Source: Calditrichia bacterium | Lineage (GTDB): Bacteria > Calditrichota > Calditrichia > RBG-13-44-9 > J075 | Assembly (NCBI GenBank): GCA_050633245.1 | Contig: JBOEGD010000004.1 | Location: 13,845-77,844, forward strand | Direction of reading: 5' to 3' | DNA: 64,000 bases | Part shown: positions 46,935-56,556 of the stretch, one piece after another | How the letters are laid out: each line of letters begins with the position of its first letter | How positions within the stretch are numbered: the stretch's first letter is position 1 | The notes under the pieces: generated by a model | What the model was told of the DNA's origin: nothing | What the model saw: the letters and a program-made list of their open reading frames with translations, nothing else | The model's database searches: none | Translations under genes and position numbers: made by a program

Positions 46935-48071
46935 ATGAAATCTTGCCAAACTGTTTTTTTCTCTATAATTCTTCTGACCTTTGCTGCTGTCAACTTTGGA
47001 TTCGCAAAAGAAAAAAAGCAAATTGCTGGAAAAATGCCTGTTGAACGAACTGATTCAACCAAGACATCCTTTGTTGCGCTGCCTTATGCTTTTTACGCAC
47101 CTGAAACCAACCTGGCTTTTGGAGCCGGAGTCTTTTATTCATATTTACAGACAGGAAGCAGGGTAGGGGGCAGACCGGCAACCGTGAAAAGTTCATTTAC
47201 TTATACACTAAATAATCAGCTGCTTTTTGTCCTTTGGCCGGAGCTCTATTTTGATGATGAGCGCTACTTCTTTGAGGCGTATTTGAATTACTTTAAATAT
47301 CCCAGTCAGTTTTACGGCATTGGAAATAATGCAAATGACGAATTTGAGGATTATACGCCGACAATCTACCGAGCCTGGCTAAATGGAATGCGCCGCGTGC
47401 TACCGGGCTTGTATGTCGGCGCAAAGTTTCAATATGAGTATACGCGGATTGATGAGTCAGAAGATCCGGCTGAGAACCCGATGGCCATTCTACGAAACGG
47501 CACGCTTGCAGGAAGTGAACCGAACCACATTGCGGGTCTTGGCGCTTCCATAGAGTATGATACCCGAGATAACCTCAACTACCCTCTTGGAGGTCGATAT
47601 TATCAACTTAGTGCAATTTTTCATGATGGCGCCTTCGGCAGCGACTATGCCTTTAACAGTTTCTATGTAGACCTGCGAGAGTATTTACAGCTGACCGGTG
47701 ATCATGTAATTGCGCTTCAGGCGGTATGTAGCCTTAAAACAGGAGACGTGCCGTTTCACCAGCAGTCGTTGTTTGGCGGTCAATTCTTAATGCGTGGATA
47801 TTTACAAGGTCGCTTCAGAGATGATCAAATGGTCGCAGTACAGGGGGAATATCGAATGCCGCTTTGGAAGCGATTGAAGTTGGTAACGCTGGTTGGGGCA
47901 GGTGAGGTCGCAGACAGCTATGGCAATCTACAGCTCAGTCGCTTAAAAGCGGCAGCGGGAATAGGTTTACGCTATCTCTTCTCGGCAAAGGATCGAATTC
48001 ATCTTCGTGTCGATTTTGCCTTTCTCGGTGGGCAATTTGGGCCTTACGCCAATGTTTTGGAAAGTTTTTAG
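46935..48071 (+). CDS. second POTRA-less Omp85-family barrel
   Basis: PYAFYAPET, YDTRDN..YP..G, MRGYLQGRFRD, QGEYRMP, GIGLRY, LRVDFA, terminal ESF. Confidence 0.85.
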   Translation: MKSCQTVFFSIILLTFAAVNFGFAKEKKQIAGKMPVERTDSTKTSFVALPYAFYAPETNLAFGAGVFYSYLQTGSRVGGRPATVKSSFTYTLNNQLLFVLWPELYFDDERYFFEAYLNYFKYPSQFYGIGNNANDEFEDYTPTIYRAWLNGMRRVLPGLYVGAKFQYEYTRIDESEDPAENPMAILRNGTLAGSEPNHIAGLGASIEYDTRDNLNYPLGGRYYQLSAIFHDGAFGSDYAFNSFYVDLREYLQLTGDHVIALQAVCSLKTGDVPFHQQSLFGGQFLMRGYLQGRFRDDQMVAVQGEYRMPLWKRLKLVTLVGAGEVADSYGNLQLSRLKAAAGIGLRYLFSAKDRIHLRVDFAFLGGQFGPYANVLESF

Positions 48072-48830
48072 CGGAAAACCTGTCACATCAAACCCCTTAA
48101 TCGAGAACTGACGTTTTAGATTGCGAAACCAGCCATTGCGTGGCAACAGGTTGCGCTGTAGATTTTGGATAATGCGTTCTTTAAATATCGTATCGATAAA
48201 ACGCTGCGGACTCGGCGCCAGAAAATAACCCCCTCCAATTAGTAAATACAGAAGCAGCGATAGCGGCACATTCTTCGAATCGAATAGCTTTAATGCTGTT
48301 CCAAAGGACTTCTTTATTTTCTTATTCTCAAGATCGACGCTAAAAATTTCATCGAGAATAAGATGAACCATATACCCAAAGAACACGAAGAAGCCAACTG
48401 CCCAAGACATCAGAGAGGTGTATGCCAGTGAATTGTAGCAAAATATTGTTGTAACAATCCATGCGACGCCACCTGCCGGGACGGAGTGAAATAGACCGCG
48501 ATGAACGGTGTACTTACTAAAAGCTGTAAAAATTACAAAGTTGATAACCAGATAGAAAACAATCCAGATAATCAGTAGCTCTGCGATGGAAAACAGGCTG
48601 CTCTGAATAAACATTAACAGGAATGAGAAGAAAACGGCAAAGATCCCAAAGAGCACCTTCAGAATAATTGAATTATCTGAATCTACGTCTGGTAAAAGCC
48701 CGCCGATTGTGCCGGCTGTAAAGTAGACTAGCACATCTTCAGAAGACGCAATTTGCGCTCCGAGAAGTGATGTGGATAAGATACCGCTTAATGCAGCAGC
48801 AGTCGTTAGATGTGTTTTAAAGTTTGCCAC
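47967..48830 (-). CDS. YdjM-like membrane-bound metal-dependent hydrolase
   Basis: (M)ANFKTH, GGLLPDVDSD, HRGLFHS, GYMVHLILDE and multiple TMs. GTG 48830 is the likely start. Confidence 0.85.
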   Translation of the reverse strand: MANFKTHLTTAAALSGILSTSLLGAQIASSEDVLVYFTAGTIGGLLPDVDSDNSIILKVLFGIFAVFFSFLLMFIQSSLFSIAELLIIWIVFYLVINFVIFTAFSKYTVHRGLFHSVPAGGVAWIVTTIFCYNSLAYTSLMSWAVGFFVFFGYMVHLILDEIFSVDLENKKIKKSFGTALKLFDSKNVPLSLLLYLLIGGGYFLAPSPQRFIDTIFKERIIQNLQRNLLPRNGWFRNLKRQFSIKGFDVTGFPLKTFQNIGVRPKLPTEKGKIDTKMNSILCREEIA

Positions 48831-48904
48831 AAATACATCATTGTTTTCGCGTGAATGCAATATTCTTCTGTCCCGGCAAATGTTACAACATTACCGGCAT
48901 ATTT

Positions 48905-50770
48905 TCAATACGTTGCCGCTGTCCTTTTTAAATCTATTAAAAACTCTTCCAGAGCAGCAGCCGTGGGGTCGAGATCCTGAAGCAAGTGATCCAGAGAATA
49001 GATCACCTGACGATCCGGTTCGATTCTTGTTGGAAAGGATGAATAGTCCGGTTTAAGCCACCGGCTCGTGGTTAGCTTGAGCGTAAGTCCGGAAGGGAGT
49101 TGATGGCTTTTTTCGCTGCCCAACTGAGTCGAGACGTCATAGCCAACGTGATATGAATGTGAAAATAACTCTCGGGCAGCTTCCAGCGCAATCGAGGCGT
49201 GAGGTGATGTTGCCCGATCGCTAAGCCAAATGAGCGTTCCCGAGAATCCGACAGATGCTTTTTTAGGCGTTGCCAGCAAATAGTGCGGATCACTAAAGTA
49301 GGCCGAATCTGCAGGTGGTTGTTGCGCTGCCGCTATTGCCATAAGAATCTTGCGTTCTGCCGTATTCCAGTGAGATGATTGCAGCGGATGAAAGCTGCCG
49401 TTTGGGTTAAATCCGGCTTTGTCGTTAGCGTCTCTCCATTCATCGCAGCGATATTGTTCGATTGCCAGAAGCTGGGGTTTGGACTCTGGTGAAAGCAACA
49501 AGCTGATAAGATCGGCGAAAATGTCAATGTCTATATCGGCGGTCTGGCGTAAATCAATGACCAAAACATCATCATCATTCCGGACTTTAACTCTTTTTTC
49601 AAGATTCGTAAGTCGGGCCTCTGAAGTCAGTCCTGATAGGGATATATAGGCATATGAGTCGGACCGCAATTCAGAGAGGATCTGATTCTTAGAGAAGACA
49701 GGCAATTTCGATTGCGCTGAGAACTCCTGTACCAGCGTGTGCGCTCCATCCGCAGATTCCAGCGCGAGCAGAACGGTTTGGTTTGGTTCAACTCCAAAGC
49801 GTTGCGAAACCAAATTGATACGACTCATATCTAATGTGGCTGAACTTTGACGGGATAGGTATTGGATATTATCACCAAATATTTTGTCTGCTGCTTGAAG
49901 CCAATCGTTAACCGGCACCGTATTTATTTGATGAACGAATGGGTGTTGTGGGCTTAATAGTTTATTGCCTACACCGGTGCAGGCAACAAAGCGTTTATTC
50001 ATTTGTTGTATTCGAAATGGAGAAAATGCATTTTTTGCGGTGATAGTACCTTCTTCGAACCGAATCTGGCTCCCGGCATCCTGACAAAGAGAAATAAACA
50101 GTTGAAGCTCAGCATAAAAATCTTTTTTCGGTAGTTTATCTTTTCCAAGATATCTGAGTGCGTCGATAGCCTCGCGATATTGGTGGAGACTGTCCGGGAG
50201 GAGCACCGCATGGGTGTTCAGCAGCCATTCTAAACTCGCAAGGTCACGCGATATTTCTTCTCCACTAAGCCAATGTTTATTTCTCTGTGCGGCAGAATCT
50301 GAGGATGAAAAGGTTGAGGCAACCGGCCAAAATGCAGGAGGCATCGAATCCGGAACAGCCCGAAAGGTTGTTTGTTCTTTCACGAGGCGATGCTGTTTAA
50401 CCAGGTCTACATTGCTCTCAAGCAGCGGAATAATTTGAATGCTGGAAGTGCTGTCGCCTAGCGATGTTAGAGAAACAGAAACAGAATTGCCCGACAAGTT
50501 GAGCAGTTTGAGAACAGCATCGAAGTTCTCTTCAATAGTAACAGTCCAGGATTGGCCAAATTGTTTTTTGCAGGCAGAAATTAAATCCTGCGTTTGGACA
50601 GATGCTATCTTGTCGAGGCGATACCATGTGCCATCAACTTTGCACTCGATACCGAGCGGCTTCCAGTGAATGCCCTCAAACGGCGAGCGGTTACCGGGTT
50701 GAGAGCAGCTGAAAAGCATTGCTGTCACCAGAAAACTGCCCCAAAAAAGTGTTTTGCGAAAGTGTCCCAT
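48905..50770 (-). CDS. divergent S41 peptidase-like lipoprotein
   Basis: LFS/C lipobox; YAYISL, VIDLR, LPSG..LKL and IEPD match the S41 fold, but the N-GG and S-A-x-E motifs are degenerate. Confidence 0.55.
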   Translation of the reverse strand: MGHFRKTLFWGSFLVTAMLFSCSQPGNRSPFEGIHWKPLGIECKVDGTWYRLDKIASVQTQDLISACKKQFGQSWTVTIEENFDAVLKLLNLSGNSVSVSLTSLGDSTSSIQIIPLLESNVDLVKQHRLVKEQTTFRAVPDSMPPAFWPVASTFSSSDSAAQRNKHWLSGEEISRDLASLEWLLNTHAVLLPDSLHQYREAIDALRYLGKDKLPKKDFYAELQLFISLCQDAGSQIRFEEGTITAKNAFSPFRIQQMNKRFVACTGVGNKLLSPQHPFVHQINTVPVNDWLQAADKIFGDNIQYLSRQSSATLDMSRINLVSQRFGVEPNQTVLLALESADGAHTLVQEFSAQSKLPVFSKNQILSELRSDSYAYISLSGLTSEARLTNLEKRVKVRNDDDVLVIDLRQTADIDIDIFADLISLLLSPESKPQLLAIEQYRCDEWRDANDKAGFNPNGSFHPLQSSHWNTAERKILMAIAAAQQPPADSAYFSDPHYLLATPKKASVGFSGTLIWLSDRATSPHASIALEAARELFSHSYHVGYDVSTQLGSEKSHQLPSGLTLKLTTSRWLKPDYSSFPTRIEPDRQVIYSLDHLLQDLDPTAAALEEFLIDLKRTAATY

Positions 50771-50977
50771 TCTTTCATCCCATACAGATTCAGCATTATA
50801 TACAGCAATAAATGGAATGAGGCAAGAAGATGTAAAAAACTATTGGCGTAGGAATCCCCAAATTTCTTAACTTTTTTGTGGTTCACGCTCTACTTTTTTC
50901 GTATTATTTGATCCTAATCTTATCATAGCGTTCAATGTTCTTAAGATTGAACAAAATCTTTCAAAAGGATAACCATT

Positions 50978-51082
50978 ATGGGCAAGCAGTTGAAGCAGCG
51001 AACCAAGCGTAAGAACAGAAAAAGATATATCAAGCGTAAGAAAGCTGAAGTTCGCGAGATGATCTTAAATAAAAGCAAGTAA
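50978..51082 (+). CDS. unannotated 34-aa highly basic small protein
   Basis: AAGGA RBS; MGKQLKQRTKRKNRKRYIKRKKAEVREMILNKSK (16 of 34 residues K/R); hairpin follows at 51098-51117. Confidence 0.65.
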   Translation: MGKQLKQRTKRKNRKRYIKRKKAEVREMILNKSK

Positions 51083-51318
51083 ATTTGGCGTTTAGATGGC
51101 CGGTTATTTAGCCGGCTTTGCGCTATAAGTGCCTGATCGAATGTCATCAGGCTTGTTTGTTCACTCCGGTATTAGATCCATCCGTTTTGTATGAGATGAT
51201 ATATCCATTTGTGCAAAACTTCGATTTATTTCTCAACTAATTAACTATTTCATACGGTCTCTCTGTTCTTTTGCGAGATCCGTTCTGCTATTTATGGTTT
51301 ACCTCTGGGGAAGCTATT

Positions 51319-52596
51319 GTGAAACACAGTGTGATTACGGCTTTGGCAAGAACGCCGTTTTGCCCGGCTGGTGCAGCCCTAAGTGAGTTCTCCGCAGAAG
51401 AGCTCGGTGCCATTGCACTGCGGGAGATGCTGTTGCGGGCAGAATTGTCACCTGCTGAAGTAGACCATGTTTTCGTCGGATGCACAGAACAGGTGCTTTC
51501 CGGAATCAATGTTGCCGGGGCGATTGCAAAACGCTGCGGATTACCCGAGCGCGTTGGAACAACGAATATTTCAGGTAAGGTTACAGCAGGATTGCAGGCG
51601 ATTTGGCAGGCATGCCGTGCCATTCAACAGGGTGACACGCATAGCGTGGTTGTTGCGGGAATCTCTTCCGTCAGTAATTTCCCTGTTGAGCTACCGGCAG
51701 AGTTCTATCGCTGGTTCAACGGGCGAAGAGGAAAGGGGATAGGCGCGGCATTTAACTGGGCCAGGCACCTTGGAACAGCCAGATTTAATCCTACCGCAGG
51801 GTTGCAATATGTCGAGCGAGACCCACTATCAGAAACGCCTGTTGCAGATTTGTCTAATATGCTGGCCAGAACATATTCCATCTCACGCGAATCGCAGGAT
51901 GACTATGCCGCAACCAGCCGTCAGCGATTGCAAAAAGCTAACTCGCTTAATCTACCTGCTTATATAACGCCGGTTTATCTGACTGCCGGTGACGGGCAAA
52001 TTGTCACCCGTGATGGCGCACTGGAGAATCTGCCGGAGGCAACTCAGTATGCCTTGGCTGAACCAATTGGCGATGACCCTTTTGGAACAGCAACCGATTT
52101 AAATTTAGCAACAGGAGCAGATGGTGCGGCAGTATTGTTGCTACTGAGTGAACAGCGAGCTAAAACATTAGGTCAAAAAGCTTTGGCTCGTATTTCGTCT
52201 GTTGGATTCGCAACTGCACCATCAGATATGGCAGGCTGTTCATCGGCATTTGCCATGGCAAAAGTTTTGAAAGATGCTGCTCTCTCACTGTCCAATTTAG
52301 ACATTCTGCAAATCCATGAAAGCTCTGCTTCGGCAATCCTCGCCATGGAAGCAATTTTTTCTGATCGTGAATTAACCGAGCAGGCGCTGGGCGGAAGCGG
52401 TAACATTGGAAAATTCAATAGTGCAAATGTTAACTTAACTGGTGGAACTCTGGCCATAGGTGATGCTCTGGCTGCCTCCGGACCAGAGTGTATTATTACC
52501 GCAGTAGATGCCATGCAAAACGGCGGTGGTGAAACTGCGCTGGCTGTCGCCGGTGGCCTGTATGCCGATTGTGGTGCAGTTCTGTTAAAAAAATAG
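51319..52596 (+). CDS. FadI-like thiolase-fold protein lacking catalytic residues
   Basis: RTPF, SRESQDDYA..S, DGAAVLLL and VNLTGG.LAIG match the thiolase fold, but the Cys, His and Cys catalytic positions are replaced. GTG 51319 is the likely start. Confidence 0.8.
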   Translation: MKHSVITALARTPFCPAGAALSEFSAEELGAIALREMLLRAELSPAEVDHVFVGCTEQVLSGINVAGAIAKRCGLPERVGTTNISGKVTAGLQAIWQACRAIQQGDTHSVVVAGISSVSNFPVELPAEFYRWFNGRRGKGIGAAFNWARHLGTARFNPTAGLQYVERDPLSETPVADLSNMLARTYSISRESQDDYAATSRQRLQKANSLNLPAYITPVYLTAGDGQIVTRDGALENLPEATQYALAEPIGDDPFGTATDLNLATGADGAAVLLLLSEQRAKTLGQKALARISSVGFATAPSDMAGCSSAFAMAKVLKDAALSLSNLDILQIHESSASAILAMEAIFSDRELTEQALGGSGNIGKFNSANVNLTGGTLAIGDALAASGPECIITAVDAMQNGGGETALAVAGGLYADCGAVLLKK

Positions 52597-52624
52597 ATTA
52601 TTACCGAAAAATAAAGATGTTAAC

Positions 52625-54733
52625 GTGAATCATTTTCAACTCGACCTTCTGAAAAACGGTATACTACAGGTGCAGTATCAGCATAAAACCGACACTGAAA
52701 ATCTGTTGGACGCGTCCGTCTTTTCAGAAATTGAGCAGTTGGTGAAAGAAATTGAAGCTGATAAAGCGATTCGTGGTGTTTTACTTAACAGCTCACGCCC
52801 TGGAGTCTTTTGTGGTGGTCAACTCCATAGCGAGCTATTTGATATCTCGGTCGCAGAAGAACTCTATCAGTATATTCGCATAAGACAGGATATTCTAAAA
52901 ACGTGGAAGTCTCTGCCGCTCCCTACGATTGCCTTGATACATGGCACTTGTTTCGATGCTGGTTTGGACTGGATTCTGGCTTTTGATGGCCGCATTGGTT
53001 CCTGGGATAATGCAACGAGGTTTGGAACGAGGGTCGCTACGCATGGATTGCTTCCCGCATATGGGTCCACAGTTTACTTTCGCCCTCTTATACAGCCGAA
53101 GGAGAGCTTTGCACTTCTCGCTGGACAAGATAACAGTGGTGAATCTAGTGCGTCTTTTTCTGCAGACAAGGCGAAGGAAATTGGTCTGCTGGACGAAATT
53201 GCCTACCCGGAGATTCTACATGAACGCGGTATAGCCCTTATTGAAAACATGCTGAGCGATCCCAAATATCTTGTGAGTCTCAGGAAGGACAAGAAGCGAT
53301 TGTCTCTTGGCGGGGCCGCTCGCGGGAAACAGGTGCTGCGTCGAATTATTAAAAAAAATAAGCGAGCTGGTGTAGGAAGCCCTGCGGAAGATATCGCAAA
53401 GTCGTTGCTCTATACCATGCAGCATAATCAGGAAGATGGGCTACAGTTTGCCGCACGCAAAGCGGCAATTCATGCTGCATCCTCGGAGACTCGATGTCGC
53501 TTGTATGCCTCAGCACTCATGCCGAAGCCACGCGATGCATTTCTCGAACGAGATAGCAGACAGATTGCTGTTGCCGGTGCCGGGCGAATAGGACGTGGAA
53601 TTACTATGCTTGCGGTTTTAAGCGGCCATCCGGTAATATTAAAAGATCAACGAACTGAAGCGCTATTGAGCACTTTAAAGCTGGTTGCTGACAGTATTCC
53701 GGAGTCTGCTAATGCCCGCGGTTTGGGCATGGACTTATTGGCGCCGGTTACGGAGTTTAAGGGATTTAGTCGAGTTCAGGTCGTTTTTGAAGCCATTCCG
53801 GAAAACAGTGATGCAAAAAAGGAGCTGTTCTCGGAACTTGCTAAACGCACACAGGAGTCGACAATTCTTGTTACAAGTGCCTCAACGATGCCTGTAACAG
53901 CTTTGGCCGATACCTGCAAGTCTCCGTCGCGCATCGCCGGCGTTCATTTTCACTATCCGCTAAAAGAAAGGCGTTTTGTTGAAGTTGTAGCCGCAGAAAA
54001 AACCTCGGAAATTGCACTGGCTCGATTATCTAAACTTCTGGAAGCGTGGGGGCTAACGGTTGTTCGCTCAACTGATACACCTGGTTATGTTCTAAACCGA
54101 CTTTTGACCCCGTTTTATTCCGAAGCATTCCACCTGCTGAAGTCAGGAGTGTCAATAGAAGCCATTGACGCTGCCATGCGGGAATTTGGCTATCGGCTTG
54201 GGCCTTATCAGCTGATGCAGCGTAGCGGAATTTCCTACGCATATAGTTGCAGCACGTATGTGCAAATTTCCTATCCTGAGCGCATGGCGCCGTCGGACCT
54301 GCCCGGTAAGTTGAATGAATATAATCGTCAGGCAGAAAAGCCAATGGCTTTTTATCGAAATGCCGCCTTAACTCGCGTTGAACGCGGCGTATATAAGATG
54401 TTCGACCTGCGTACACGAACAAAAATGTCGACTGACGATATTAACGAGCGTCTGAATTTATTGCTTCTAAATGAAGCCCTGTCCATACTCGAAGATGGCG
54501 TTGTTGCCTCAGCGTCAGACATAGAAAAAGCGGTGCTTTTTGGTATGGGATTCCCGGCTGAGCGCGGTGGGTTGCTCTACTATGGTAAAACATGCCGCTG
54601 GAAAAATGTGTTAAGCAGAATGCGTTCGCTAAGCGAAACCATAGGGCGCCAATATACACCGGTAACGCTACTTGAGAAAGTCGCAGAAAGCGGCGATCTG
54701 GACAAAGCGCTTTCAGAGTATCGCTCCGGTTGA
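52625..54733 (+). CDS. FadJ/FadB-like multifunctional alpha subunit (degenerate enoyl-CoA hydratase + 3-hydroxyacyl-CoA dehydrogenase)
   Basis: Crotonase-like N-terminus (PTIALIHGTC...GLLP); GAGRIGRG, EAIPE, GVHF..P....VE, PGYVLNR, GMGFP..RGG. Confidence 0.85.
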   Translation: MNHFQLDLLKNGILQVQYQHKTDTENLLDASVFSEIEQLVKEIEADKAIRGVLLNSSRPGVFCGGQLHSELFDISVAEELYQYIRIRQDILKTWKSLPLPTIALIHGTCFDAGLDWILAFDGRIGSWDNATRFGTRVATHGLLPAYGSTVYFRPLIQPKESFALLAGQDNSGESSASFSADKAKEIGLLDEIAYPEILHERGIALIENMLSDPKYLVSLRKDKKRLSLGGAARGKQVLRRIIKKNKRAGVGSPAEDIAKSLLYTMQHNQEDGLQFAARKAAIHAASSETRCRLYASALMPKPRDAFLERDSRQIAVAGAGRIGRGITMLAVLSGHPVILKDQRTEALLSTLKLVADSIPESANARGLGMDLLAPVTEFKGFSRVQVVFEAIPENSDAKKELFSELAKRTQESTILVTSASTMPVTALADTCKSPSRIAGVHFHYPLKERRFVEVVAAEKTSEIALARLSKLLEAWGLTVVRSTDTPGYVLNRLLTPFYSEAFHLLKSGVSIEAIDAAMREFGYRLGPYQLMQRSGISYAYSCSTYVQISYPERMAPSDLPGKLNEYNRQAEKPMAFYRNAALTRVERGVYKMFDLRTRTKMSTDDINERLNLLLLNEALSILEDGVVASASDIEKAVLFGMGFPAERGGLLYYGKTCRWKNVLSRMRSLSETIGRQYTPVTLLEKVAESGDLDKALSEYRSG

Positions 54734-54738
54734 CGAGC

Positions 54739-55911
54739 CTATTCCCAACGTAATAGTTGATGCACAAAGAAAGCGGTGGCAATTTCAATCGACTCAGGCG
54801 GCACGTCGAACAGACCTTCGTGAACGGAAGCCGTCATCTCATCGGTTTTGCTTCCGAACTTAATCATCGCTGAAGGCACCTGCTTACTGTAATGGCTGAA
54901 ATCGTCCCCGCCAGGAGTGCGGTGCTCTTTAATCACTTCCATTGGATACCAAAAGTCTTTCTGAAGCCTCTCGTCCAGCTGTTGCATAAGCTCTGGAGCA
55001 TTGTGGATTGCAGGAGATCCTTCTGTTACCTTCAATTCAATAGAGCAGTTATTGTCCTGCTCAAGAGTCTTCATTAAATCCTTTAATCGAGCAAGAGCGA
55101 CATCCTTCTTTTGCGGATCTGCCAGCCTTAACGTGCCGGTCAGTGTTAATTCATTGGGAATAACATTGTAGCCTTGAGCAGCAGAAATTTCGGTAAAAGT
55201 TAATATGACGGTTGTATCGAGGTGGTTTAATCCTCGATACATCATCTGATATCCATCCTGAATAATCCTACTGGCAACCCAAAGCAAATCAGCAGTCTCA
55301 TGTGGCCGCGCTGAATGGCCTCCTGCGCCGCTGAGTTTAAGATCCAGTCGAATACTCTGCATGTTAATAAACCCTGAAGCAAGCGTTACCTGACCCACGC
55401 GCAAGCTGGGTTCCATATGTAAACCAAGCGCATGGCTTACGTTCTCTAATACGCCTGCTTTTACCATCTCAGGTGCACCGCTCGGAATTGGCTCTTCTGC
55501 TGGTTGAAACACAAATCTAAGATTCTTTGCCAATTCAGGCTTTAGCTGATTGATTGCCAGAGCAGTTCCCAGAATAACAGAGGTATGCACATCATGGGCG
55601 CAGGCGTGACAAACGCCCTGATTTGTAGAAGCGTAGCTGACGGACTTTAAATCCTGTATTGGCAGGGCATCGATGTCGGCCCGCAGCAGAATAAAAGGCT
55701 TGCTCTTATCGACGATGTAGTCAGCGATCAGCCCTGTATCAAGCGGCTGACGAATATCTTTAAATCCTACTTCTTCTAAAGTGGTGCGAACGCGTTCTGT
55801 GGTGCGGTGTTCTTTCCAGCTAAGCTCGGGGTGGCGGTGCAGGTCTTCACGAAATTCGCGAATAAAAGGAGAAAGGTTTTCCAGAGTAGTTTGAGCCTTG
55901 TTGAGTATCAT
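54739..55911 (-). CDS. M20 family amidohydrolase
   Basis: LHRHPELS..E, LRADIDALP, HACAHDVH, FQPAEE, GGHSARPH. Confidence 0.92.
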   Translation of the reverse strand: MILNKAQTTLENLSPFIREFREDLHRHPELSWKEHRTTERVRTTLEEVGFKDIRQPLDTGLIADYIVDKSKPFILLRADIDALPIQDLKSVSYASTNQGVCHACAHDVHTSVILGTALAINQLKPELAKNLRFVFQPAEEPIPSGAPEMVKAGVLENVSHALGLHMEPSLRVGQVTLASGFINMQSIRLDLKLSGAGGHSARPHETADLLWVASRIIQDGYQMMYRGLNHLDTTVILTFTEISAAQGYNVIPNELTLTGTLRLADPQKKDVALARLKDLMKTLEQDNNCSIELKVTEGSPAIHNAPELMQQLDERLQKDFWYPMEVIKEHRTPGGDDFSHYSKQVPSAMIKFGSKTDEMTASVHEGLFDVPPESIEIATAFFVHQLLRWE

Positions 55912-56065
55912 AAAATGTCGCTTTCATATTCGTTAGTATTAATGAAACGTCAGAAAAAAAATACGTTACATGCGGCATTCAGCAAAACAAATAATCTAAA
56001 AGTTGTGAAGTTCTTGACGAAGCTACAATGAAGGCGTATGTTTAAGAATAATAGAGGATGAGGGA

Positions 56066-56359
56066 ATGAAAAATCCGTATATGCGTCGTCCGTCGCGAGA
56101 CGCGGATGGCGATCGAAGACATCTTGTAGGTCGGCGCTATGAAGATTATCTCAATAATGATATTGTGATTAATCTGGCGAGCGAAGAACATTCCTGGCGA
56201 TTGATTATTACAGATCCACGCTATAAAAGTTTACTGAACAGACGTAAAGAAGCGCGTCGAATTCAAGAGCGACCGAAAGGACATTATTACTCTCTCTTTC
56301 GCTCGATTAGCAGCTTTCTATTTATGCACGACCCCTTTGCAGAGCAGCCTTTAGAGTAA
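56066..56359 (+). CDS. hypothetical Arg-rich protein
   Basis: GAGG RBS; fills an intergenic gap; DRR/NRR motifs. Confidence 0.55.
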   Translation: MKNPYMRRPSRDADGDRRHLVGRRYEDYLNNDIVINLASEEHSWRLIITDPRYKSLLNRRKEARRIQERPKGHYYSLFRSISSFLFMHDPFAEQPLE

Positions 56360-56472
56360 TTTCATGACTTCGCGAACCAACTTTTCTTCTTTTTTTTTCC
56401 TCCATGTTAAATTGTTTTTTTGTCTTGAATTATAATTTTACCACAATTATATTTGCACACTTTTTCATGGAC

Positions 56473-56510
56473 TGTTTAATATATTAAACAAAAAGTTTAC
56501 TGTATAAAAC
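56473..56510. promoter_or_regulatory. palindromic operator(s) upstream of the XRE-cupin regulator
   Basis: Perfect 18-bp palindrome TGTTTAATATATTAAACA (56473-56490) plus an adjacent degenerate copy GTTTACTGTATAAAAC. Confidence 0.6.
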
Positions 56511-56556
56511 AGCGTGACAATGTATAATACACAGATGTCCAAATCTGTAGAAGCGT

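Noticed and set aside
50941-51147. 68-aa hydrophobic minus-strand ORF
   Set aside because: It is the antisense of the better-supported 34-aa basic ORF, which has an RBS and downstream hairpin.
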